Shown here: positions 1 through 10,088 of the stretch, piece after piece
Layout: every line of letters starts with the position of its first letter
How positions within the stretch are numbered: the stretch's first letter is position 1
From: an uncultured delta proteobacterium
Lineage (GTDB): Bacteria; Myxococcota_A; Polyangia; Polyangiales; JAFGIB01
Direction: 5' to 3'
DNA length: 64,000 nucleotides
NCBI GenBank assembly: GCA_963778655.1
Contig: CAVZVA010000010.1
Coordinates: 1,120,001 to 1,184,000 of the forward strand
Notes under the pieces: generated by a model
Databases searched by the model: none
What the model saw: only the letters and a program-made list of their open reading frames with translations
Told to the model about the DNA's origin: nothing
Translations under genes and position numbers: made by a program

Positions 1-222
1 ATCGCCGAGCACCACGTGGCGCTCGACCCCGCGTACGTGCACATCACGCGCGGCTCGCTGGCCGAGACGGCGCGGTTGCGCGCGCTGCTCGCCGCGCGCG
101 GCGTCCACTCGGTCGGCCGCTATGGTGGGTGGACCTATTGCTCGATCGAGGACAACCTGATCGAGACGCGCGCGCTGGCGGCCGAGCTGGACGCCGATCC
201 GGCTGCGCGCTCACCGGGCTGA
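1..222 (+). CDS. C-terminal end of an FAD-dependent oxidoreductase (protoporphyrinogen oxidase / amine oxidase-like), truncated by the window edge
   Basis: Open frame from base 1; C-terminal [13 protein letters not shown] motif typical of this flavoprotein group. Confidence 0.6.
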   Translation: MAEHHVALDPAYVHITRGSLAETARLRALLAARGVHSVGRYGGWTYCSIEDNLIETRALAAELDADPAARSPG

Positions 223-248
223 GCGGGAGGGGCGCGTGCCCCTCCCGT

Positions 249-1556
249 CTACATGCAGCAGGCGGTGAACGGCGTGTCGGCCTGGGCGCTGCCTTCAGGC
301 GTGCCGCCGCCCGGGGTGCAGCCGCCGCTGCCGGTGATCGCGACGCCGACGCGCACCTTGCCGCTGCTCGGCGTGACCGGCACGCACTCGCCGGCGCTGG
401 TCTTGCTGGCGAGCGCGCTGCCGCAGCTGGTGTCTGCGTCGTCGTAGACGTTCCAGCTGTAGCTGCAGTCGCTGTCGCAGCTGCACGGGCTGCAGTCGCG
501 GGTGTCGTTGATCGCGGTGTAGTACACGCGCTTGTCGCTGTAGGGCCCGGCCGGGCAGGCCACGTCGCCTTGCTGCACGATGCAGTAGGGGCCGGCGAAG
601 GGTCCCTGCGGCGCGCACACGTTGCCCGGGCTGCAGCCGCCGCGGCGCAAGGTATCGGCCGGCGCGCACGCGAGCACGTTTTGCTCCCAGGTCGGGTCCG
701 TGATCGTCGGGGTCTGGGCGCTCGGCTCGCAGCCGCCGATGCCCGGAGGCAGCTGGGTCTTCAGATAGAAGCTGCTGCCCGAGCCCGACAGGCACGACGA
801 CGAGAGCTCGACGCAGCCGGTGTCGGCGGTGGCGACGCAGGCGGCGTCCGAGCAATCGCTCTGGGTGGCGGCGCCGAAGCTGAGATAGCTGGCGCAGCCC
901 GACGAGGCGGTGCAGGTGCAGGTCGAGCACTGCGCGGGATCGCCGCTCGCGCCCGTGCCGCCGCGCATCGCAGCCTGCGCGTAGTCCCCGCTGCACGCGG
1001 GCGGCTTGTCGGCGCCGACGTAGAGCGCGACCGGTCCGCTCCAGCCGTCGGGCGCCTCGCCCAGGCACGTGCGCGCGGCGCAGTCCTCGTCGGCGCAGTC
1101 GATCTTGCCGTCGCCGTCGTCGTCGACGCCGTTGCCGCAGTCCTCGGGCGGCACGGCCGGGCCTGCGTCGCTGGTGCTCATGCTGCCGGCATCGTGCGTG
1201 CCGCCGGCATCGCGCGCGGCGCCCGCGTCACGCCCCCTGCGCCCGGCATCCGAGCCCGCGTCGCCAGCTCCCGCGTCGAGGGTCCCGCCGCCGGTACCGG
1301 CTTGCGCGCCCGAGCTGGAGCCGCAGAGGCACGCGCTGTTGGTACCGTCTGCTTGGCAGTAGATGTGACCGGAGCAGCCGCCGGGCCCGACGCACGAGTA
1401 GGTGCCGCCCTGGCACGACATCTTGTCAGGGGCGGCCTGTTTGCTGCCGCCGCCGCATGCGGCGATCGCGAGCGACAGCGAACCGACCAGCCCAACCCAA
1501 AGCCGCGTGCAGCCCAAGCGCTTCTCCCGGTCCCAGAGCTCAGGAATTTCACACAC
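249..1556 (-). CDS. Cys-rich secreted lipoprotein with MopE-like putative metal-binding motif
   Basis: Lipobox-like LAIAACGG, DAG-rich linker, CGNGVDDDGDGKIDCADEDC motif, very many Cys; start codon uncertain. Confidence 0.75.
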   Translation of the reverse strand: MCEIPELWDREKRLGCTRLWVGLVGSLSLAIAACGGGSKQAAPDKMSCQGGTYSCVGPGGCSGHIYCQADGTNSACLCGSSSGAQAGTGGGTLDAGAGDAGSDAGRRGRDAGAARDAGGTHDAGSMSTSDAGPAVPPEDCGNGVDDDGDGKIDCADEDCAARTCLGEAPDGWSGPVALYVGADKPPACSGDYAQAAMRGGTGASGDPAQCSTCTCTASSGCASYLSFGAATQSDCSDAACVATADTGCVELSSSCLSGSGSSFYLKTQLPPGIGGCEPSAQTPTITDPTWEQNVLACAPADTLRRGGCSPGNVCAPQGPFAGPYCIVQQGDVACPAGPYSDKRVYYTAINDTRDCSPCSCDSDCSYSWNVYDDADTSCGSALASKTSAGECVPVTPSSGKVRVGVAITGSGGCTPGGGTPEGSAQADTPFTACCM

Positions 1557-1637
1557 TGCGCAAACACGAAATCCCCAAACATATGGAGCGCACGTTGTGT
1601 GCGAAGGCTGCGCGATCGCGCGTTCGGGCGTCGCGCG

Positions 1638-2000
1638 TCACTGCCGAGGAGGAGCGAGCGGCGGCGCGGCCGAGGGTGGGTGACCGGCCGCCGCGCCCCG
1701 CCGTCGCTGCCGATGCCTGTGGCGAGGCGCCATCATCGCCGCGCCGAGCCCTGTGAGCACGACGCCGGCGCCGAGCAGCGGCAGCCCTGTCTTCGGGTCG
1801 GGGTCCGACCGCTCGCAGTCGTCATCGCCATCGTCGTTCGGGCACGCGCCGGTCGCGACCGAGAAGCCGACCAGCGCGGTGAGCACACCGAGCGTGGAGA
1901 ACGCGCGCCCGGTTTGGCGGGTGGTCGCGCAGCCACTGGTGCAGAGCGAGCATGCGACCAGCACGCAGAGACCCGGTGCGGTGCGCTTGCGGGCTCGCAT
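1638..2000 (-). CDS. Small membrane lipoprotein, hypothetical
   Basis: MRARKR...SLCTSGC lipobox-like segment and two hydrophobic stretches; sigma-54-like promoter immediately upstream. Confidence 0.6.
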   Translation of the reverse strand: MRARKRTAPGLCVLVACSLCTSGCATTRQTGRAFSTLGVLTALVGFSVATGACPNDDGDDDCERSDPDPKTGLPLLGAGVVLTGLGAAMMAPRHRHRQRRRGAAAGHPPSAAPPLAPPRQ

Positions 2001-2013
2001 GGCGACCAGCGTC

Positions 2014-2028
2014 GCAAGGCACATGCCA
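2014..2028 (-). promoter_or_regulatory. Sigma-54 -24/-12 promoter
   Basis: Minus strand TGGCATGTGCCTTGC = GG-N10-GC with TGGCA and TTGC. Confidence 0.65.
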
Positions 2029-2176
2029 TGCCGCGGTCCGCGCGAGCGCCGGGAAAGTCTGTGGCCCGGCCGTGCCTGGGCCGCCCGCGACGTGCCGGCG
2101 GTGCCACACGGCTGTGGTCGCCGGTTCACGCCGCGCCCCGTCTTGCCGCGTCGCGCTCCGGGCACGGTCGTTTCCT

Positions 2177-2193
2177 TTGGCACGCCGCGTGCT
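2177..2193 (+). promoter_or_regulatory. Sigma-54 -24/-12 promoter
   Basis: TTGGCACGCCGCGTGCT = GG-N10-GC, about 50 nt upstream of ATG 2242. Confidence 0.65.
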
Positions 2194-2241
2194 GCAGGTA
2201 CGATCGGCCCGCAGCCTGTTCCGCCGTGGGCCAGGGGTAAC

Positions 2242-3117
2242 ATGAATCGCAACGCTTTCTTCGTGATGGCGGTGCTCGCGCTGGTGGCCGCGCGCGCCCG
2301 CGCCGAAAGCCGCCCGACGCTGCTCGAGGATCATCAGCCCGGCGCAAAGCCCGCCGCGCTCGAGCTCGGCTTGGGCTGGTACATGGACAAGGATAGCGGC
2401 ACCACGCTGCAGGCGTTCGCTCCGACGCTGGGGGCCCGCGTCTCGCTCTCGGAGCACGCCGAGCTCACGCTCGACTGGCCGTTCGCGTTCGCCTCGGTCT
2501 CGCCCAGCTCGGGCAGCGGCGACAGCAGCTTTCGCACCGCCAATCCGTTCGTGGCCGGGTATTACATGCAGCGGCGTCGCGACGGCTACTTCCGCATCGG
2601 CGGCGGCATCGCGTTCCCGCTCGCGCACGTGGGGCGCTCGGCGCTGAACGGGCTCGGTACCCCGGTGCTCGCGTACGGCATCACGAGCGTCATGCAGGGC
2701 TGGTGGAACATCTGGATGTACTTGCCTGATCACCTCAGCCTGGTGGTGCCGCTGCAGCTCGAGCACCGCAGCGGCGCGCTCGTGCTCGGCGGCGAGCTCG
2801 GCACCGGCTTCCTGCTGCCCACCCGCAGCGGCAGCAGCAAGGTGGACGTCGCGTTCCAGCTGGCGGGCTCGCTCGGCGGGCGCATCGACAACGTGACGAT
2901 CGGAGGCAGGTTGCAGGCGGCCTGGATTGCCACCCTCGATGGCGACAACGCGCAGGTCGCGCTGGTGCCGTTCGTGCAAGCGGACTTTTCGGGCGGCGGC
3001 TTCGTGTACGCGCGACTGCTGCTGAACCTCGATGACCCATTCGGCGTGCTGGGGAGCAACACTGGCCTGGCGGCCAAGGTCTGGGCGCTGGCCCTCGGCG
3101 GCGGCGGGCGGTTCTGA
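2242..3117 (+). CDS. Secreted protein, probable outer-membrane beta-barrel
   Basis: Signal peptide (..ARARA|ES), alternating amphipathic strands, C-terminal Phe (GGGGRF). Confidence 0.7.
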   Translation: MNRNAFFVMAVLALVAARARAESRPTLLEDHQPGAKPAALELGLGWYMDKDSGTTLQAFAPTLGARVSLSEHAELTLDWPFAFASVSPSSGSGDSSFRTANPFVAGYYMQRRRDGYFRIGGGIAFPLAHVGRSALNGLGTPVLAYGITSVMQGWWNIWMYLPDHLSLVVPLQLEHRSGALVLGGELGTGFLLPTRSGSSKVDVAFQLAGSLGGRIDNVTIGGRLQAAWIATLDGDNAQVALVPFVQADFSGGGFVYARLLLNLDDPFGVLGSNTGLAAKVWALALGGGGRF

Positions 3118-3140
3118 CCAGGCATGCGCGCCGCGTCCGC

Positions 3141-3534
3141 TCACGGCGGCAGCGCCAGCTTGGTCGACGCGGGCAGGCGCGAAAGGCGGGTCAGCAGCAG
3201 CGCGGGCTCCTCGTGCCAGCGCACCTCGAAGTCGAACGCGATCTTGTCGCCAGCCCTAAGGCCCTGAAGCGAGACTCCGGGGCCCATGCCGAAGGCCATC
3301 GTCATCGAGGCCATCGTGGCGACGCGTCCGTCGCGACCTTTGAAGCGCGGGACGGCCTCGTGCCGGATCACCACGCGCAGCTCCGCGCCCTGGCCCGAGA
3401 TCGTTTCGAATCCGGCCGCGGACCTGGTAGCGCTCGGGCGCTGCGGGCGTGCCGCCGCAGGTCAGCAAGCTGCAGAGCAGCAGCGGCAGCACGGCGTGCA
3501 ACAGAGGCAGCGTGGGTTGAGGTCGTCGGCGCAT
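3141..3534 (-). pseudogene. cusF: CusF-like copper/silver-binding lipoprotein with +1 frameshift near 3409 (real or sequencing error)
   Basis: Removing one base joins MRRRPQ..LLTCGG..ERYQVRGRI to ETISGQGAELRVVIRHEAV...MASMTMAF..GDKIAFDF (His plus MxM ligands), giving 130 aa. Confidence 0.7.
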
Positions 3535-3658
3535 GCGGGTGTGGGCGAGCCAACTCAGCCACGCTCGAGACCTTCGCGCCAGCCGCCTCGTGCGTGCTGC
3601 GGCAAAAGGTCGCGGCGGCGCTTTGATCCGCGGGCGCGCCGTGCTACTCGCGCGGGGC

Positions 3659-4381
<723 letters not shown>

Positions 4382-4410
4382 TGCAAGGTCGCCCTTCACG
4401 GACCATGAAA

Positions 4411-4526
4411 CGGGAAGACGGGAAGGCGGGAAGTTGGGACACCTGAGCACCGCCGTTCGGCAGCGCGCTGCCCGCAACAGGCGCGCGACAGGACGCAGCG
4501 CTTCCCGTCTTCCCGCCTTCCTGTGA
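4411..4526. repeat. REP-like inverted repeat, GGAAGRCG family, copy 1
   Basis: CGGGAAGACGGGAAGGCGGGAAG ... CTTCCCGTCTTCCCGCCTTCCTGTGA between convergent genes. Confidence 0.8.
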
Positions 4527-4565
4527 TCCGAAGAACAGCGGTGCCCGTGACGCCCCGCTGCGCGC

Positions 4566-5894
4566 TCAGCGCTTGCGCGGCCCGCGCACCGCGACGGCCG
4601 CCGCGTGCGCCGTCAGGCCTTCGCGCTGTGCGAAGTCCTGCACCGCCTCCGCGTCCTCGGCCAGCGCCGCGGCGTCGTACTCGATCAGGCTGCTGGCCTT
4701 CAGGAAGTCGTTGACGCTGAGCGGCCCGAAGAACTTGGCCGTGCCGCCGGTCGGCAGCACGTGCGAGGGGCCCGCGAAGTAGTCGCCGAGCGGCACCGGC
4801 GTGCTGGCGCCGACGAAGATCGCGCCCGCGTTGCGGATGCGCGCCAGGCAGCGCGCGTCGTCCGCGGTCATGATCTGCAGGTGCTCGGTCGCGATCTCGC
4901 TCGCCAGCGCGCACGCCGCGTCCAGGCTTTCGGTGACCACGATGGCGCCGTAGCGCTCCAGCGAAGTGCGTGTCATCTCCGCGCGCTGCAGCGTGCCGAG
5001 CTGCGCGTCGATCTCGACCGCCACTGCGGCGGCGAGCGCGCGCGAGGGCGTGAGCAGCAACGCGGCGCCCGGATCGTGCTCGGCCTGCGCGAGCAGGTCC
5101 GCGGCCACGTGCGCGGGCTGCGCGCTGTCGTCGGCCACCACCACCACCTCGCTCGGTCCGGCCACCGAATCGATGCCCACGCGGCCGAACAGCTGGCGCT
5201 TGGCCTCGGCCACGAACGCGTTGCCCGGGCCCACGATTTTGTGCACCGGGCGCAACGATTCGGTGCCGTACGCCATGGCGGCGATCGCGACTGCACCGCC
5301 GAGCTGCACCACTTCGCGGATGCCGAGCTCGCCCGCGAGCGCGAGCGCCAGATCGCTGATGCGGCCGCCGGTGGGCGGCGAGGCCATGACAATCTCGGGC
5401 ACGCCCGCGCATTGCGCCGGCACCACCGTCATCAGCACGGTCGAGGGGTAGAGCGCGCGCCCGCCCGGTACGTACACGCCCACGCGCTCGATCGGCGTGT
5501 AGCGCACGCCGAGCTTGCGGCCGCCGCGCAGCAGCGGCGCCGGATCGCGGTGGCGGATGTGCTCCTGATAGGCGCGGATGTTGTCGCGTACGCGGCGGAT
5601 CAGCGCCAGCAGGGCCGGGTCGGCCGCGGCGTGGGCGCGCGCGATCTCGGCCTCGGGCACGCGGATGGCTTCGGGCGCGATCGCGGCGCGGTCGAGCTTG
5701 GAGGTCAGCTCCGCGGCCGCGCGATCGCCGCCCTGCTGCACCCGGGCCAGGATGTCACTCACGATCGCGGGCACGTCGAGCGGCTGCTTCTCTTCGCTCG
5801 CAACCAGCCCGCCGCTGCGCAGCAGCTGCAACAAGGCCTGCACGCGCGTCGCGTAGTCCGCGCTGTCGTGCTCGATGATGCGCAGGCTCGTCAT
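4566..5894 (-). CDS. hisD: Histidinol dehydrogenase
   Basis: GVYVPGG, YPSTVLM, KIVGPGN, AGPSE, QAEHD, EHL, GDYFAGPSHVLPT motifs. Confidence 0.97.
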   Translation of the reverse strand: MTSLRIIEHDSADYATRVQALLQLLRSGGLVASEEKQPLDVPAIVSDILARVQQGGDRAAAELTSKLDRAAIAPEAIRVPEAEIARAHAAADPALLALIRRVRDNIRAYQEHIRHRDPAPLLRGGRKLGVRYTPIERVGVYVPGGRALYPSTVLMTVVPAQCAGVPEIVMASPPTGGRISDLALALAGELGIREVVQLGGAVAIAAMAYGTESLRPVHKIVGPGNAFVAEAKRQLFGRVGIDSVAGPSEVVVVADDSAQPAHVAADLLAQAEHDPGAALLLTPSRALAAAVAVEIDAQLGTLQRAEMTRTSLERYGAIVVTESLDAACALASEIATEHLQIMTADDARCLARIRNAGAIFVGASTPVPLGDYFAGPSHVLPTGGTAKFFGPLSVNDFLKASSLIEYDAAALAEDAEAVQDFAQREGLTAHAAAVAVRGPRKR

Positions 5895-5933
5895 CGGCCG
5901 GCGAGCTTAGCAGAACGCGAAGGACCGGCCAGG

Positions 5934-6944
5934 CTAGTCCCCGGCGGACGGCGACCGCTCGCCGCCCGCCGCCCGCCGGCTCCCGGCTTCCTCGCGCAGC
6001 GTCGCGTTCAGCAGTCCGGCCAGACGCGCTCCGGCGAGCGCGATGCGCTCCCGGGCGAGGGTCAGGGCGGCGTTCTGGTAGCCCGGACCGATCTCGAACG
6101 GGCCGCGCCCGGCGCCGATCGGCGGGACGTAGACCGCGCGCCGCGCCAGCTCGAAGCCTTCCTCGATCCACACCGCTGGGTCCAGGATCGCGGCCAGCCT
6201 CGGGTCGGCGGCGGGCAGCTTGGCGGCCGCGCGCTCGACGTCACGCGCGCCGTAGCCTTCGCCGGTGATGGTGTCGTAGAACGCGTGGAGGTTGCCGGGC
6301 GGGCCGAGCGCGCACCTCGCGTCCTCGCACACAGGCGGCAAGGCGTTGCCGGTAACGCGCACCTTGTTGCCACCCTGGTCGCCCGCGGGATCCGCCTGGT
6401 CGAAGCGCGAGGCGCAGTGCAGCGGCTGGTGCACGTCGCCCACCAGGTGCAGCAGCCATACCAGGTCGTAGGACTTGAGCGCGTCGCCCGCGCTCGAGGA
6501 GCGCAGGACCTCGGCAAACATGCCGATCTGGGTCGCGGCATTGGGGGCGGCGGCCGCGACCAGGGCCGTGCCGTCGGGCGAGAAGGGCCGGTCCACGTAG
6601 TGCCAGTACCTGTGGCGCAGCTTGTCGGTGTAGCCGGCGTTCTGCGAGGCGGCCGGCGCGTCCCGCGGATCCTTGCTCGCGTACACGGGGTCCGACTTGA
6701 TCGCGTCTGCCCAGGTCGCGGCGCGCATGAACGCCACGCGCTCCCGATCGCGGCTGCGGGCCCCGACGACCCAGTACGGATAGCTCGGGTTCAGCCGCAG
6801 CAGCGCCGCGACCCGCTTGCGGGTCGCGGGCGTGAGCTTCTTGTAGGCGGCGGCCGCGACCTCCATGTGCCCGAAGTCGTCCCACGCCTGGGCACGGCCC
6901 GCGATCGAGCACGACACGGCCACGGCCAGCAGCACGGAGCGCAT
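5934..6944 (-). CDS. S1/P1 nuclease, secreted
   Basis: Signal peptide then W-D-D-F-G-H mature N-terminus, ATWAD, WHYVD, HLVGDVHQPLH, DQGGN, NLHAFYD. Confidence 0.92.
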   Translation of the reverse strand: MRSVLLAVAVSCSIAGRAQAWDDFGHMEVAAAAYKKLTPATRKRVAALLRLNPSYPYWVVGARSRDRERVAFMRAATWADAIKSDPVYASKDPRDAPAASQNAGYTDKLRHRYWHYVDRPFSPDGTALVAAAAPNAATQIGMFAEVLRSSSAGDALKSYDLVWLLHLVGDVHQPLHCASRFDQADPAGDQGGNKVRVTGNALPPVCEDARCALGPPGNLHAFYDTITGEGYGARDVERAAAKLPAADPRLAAILDPAVWIEEGFELARRAVYVPPIGAGRGPFEIGPGYQNAALTLARERIALAGARLAGLLNATLREEAGSRRAAGGERSPSAGD

Positions 6945-6957
6945 TCGGCTCCGCGGC

Positions 6958-7926
6958 TCACAGCTTGCGGAGGAACTCGAGCAGCGCGGTGTTGACCTCG
7001 GCCGGGCGCTCCTGCTGGATCCAGTGGCCGCCGCCCGGGATCACCACCTTGCCGCGCAGATCGGTGTACCAGGGGTCCATCAGGTCGCTCAGGCGCAGGC
7101 CGGGGATGAAGGCCATCACCGGATCGCGCTCGCCGACGATGAACAGCGCGGGCTGGCTGATCTTGCGCTCGGACAGCTCGGGCAGCGCCTTCCAGTCGCG
7201 CTCCTGGTTGCGGTAGCGGTTGAGCGGGCCGCGGAAGCCGCTGCCGCGGAATTCGCCCGCGTAGTAGGCCACGTCCTCCGCGCTGAGCCAGGCCGGGAGC
7301 GGCTGCGGATCGACCAGCCCGTCGAGCATCTTCGCGTCCGGCCCCTTGTTCGCCATGAAGCCGCGCTCCTCGTCGCTCACGTCGCCGGAGGCGGAGTAGT
7401 AGAGCTTGCGAATGGTCGCGGCCGGGTCGGCCTCGAGCTCCTTTTCCGCCACCCCGGGCTCCTGAAAGTACAGCTGGTAGAAGAAGCGGCCCTTGTAGAT
7501 CTCGCGGAACAGCTCGATCGCGGGGCGATCGCCGCGGCCGAGGTGCGGCACGCTGAGCCCGGCCACGGCGCGCACGCGCTCGGGATAGCGAATCGCGGTG
7601 GTCCACACGATTGGCGCGCCCCAGTCGTGGCCGATCAGCACGGCCTGGCGCTCGCCCAGCGCGTCGATCAGGCCGACCACGTCGTCGGTCATCTGCACCA
7701 TGTCGTAGGCCTCGATCGCGGCCGGCTTGTCGCTGCCGCCGTAGCCGCGCACGTCCGGCACGCACACGCGAAAGCCCGCCTGCACCAGCGGGTCGATCTG
7801 GTAGCGCCACGAGTACCAGGACTCGGGCCAGCCGTGCACCAGCACGCACAGCGGCCCCTTGCCTTCGACCACGGCGCGAAGCCGGATCCCGTTGCTTTCA
7901 ATCTGCTGGAACGCGCGCGTCTTCAT
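6958..7926 (-). CDS. Epoxide hydrolase-type alpha/beta hydrolase
   Basis: HGWPE, GHDWGA, GHWIQQE motifs; GAGGAG RBS before MKTRAF. Confidence 0.9.
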   Translation of the reverse strand: MKTRAFQQIESNGIRLRAVVEGKGPLCVLVHGWPESWYSWRYQIDPLVQAGFRVCVPDVRGYGGSDKPAAIEAYDMVQMTDDVVGLIDALGERQAVLIGHDWGAPIVWTTAIRYPERVRAVAGLSVPHLGRGDRPAIELFREIYKGRFFYQLYFQEPGVAEKELEADPAATIRKLYYSASGDVSDEERGFMANKGPDAKMLDGLVDPQPLPAWLSAEDVAYYAGEFRGSGFRGPLNRYRNQERDWKALPELSERKISQPALFIVGERDPVMAFIPGLRLSDLMDPWYTDLRGKVVIPGGGHWIQQERPAEVNTALLEFLRKL

Positions 7927-7955
7927 GGATTGCTCCTCGTGAGAAGGGCTTAGGA

Positions 7956-8028
7956 GATTCACAGGAAGAGGGGACGACGGGAAGAGCAAATCAGTCCGGG
8001 CCTCCCGCCTTCCCGTCTTCCTGCTGAA
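7956..8028. repeat. REP-like inverted repeat, GGAAGRCG family, copy 2
   Basis: GATTCACAGGAAGAGGGGACGACGGGAAG ... CCTCCCGCCTTCCCGTCTTCCTG between ligA and the hydrolase. Confidence 0.75.
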
Positions 8029-8036
8029 ATTTTTCC

Positions 8037-10043
<2,007 letters not shown>

Positions 10044-10045
10044 CT

Positions 10046-10080
10046 ATCATAGACGCCCCGCCGGCGGGGCGTGCTATACA
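10046..10080. promoter_or_regulatory. Bidirectional promoter with perfect 20-bp palindrome
   Basis: TATGAT (minus, 10046-10051) and TATACA (plus, 10075-10080) flank ACGCCCCGCCGGCGGGGCGT (10053-10072). Confidence 0.55.
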
Positions 10081-10088
10081 GGACCGCC

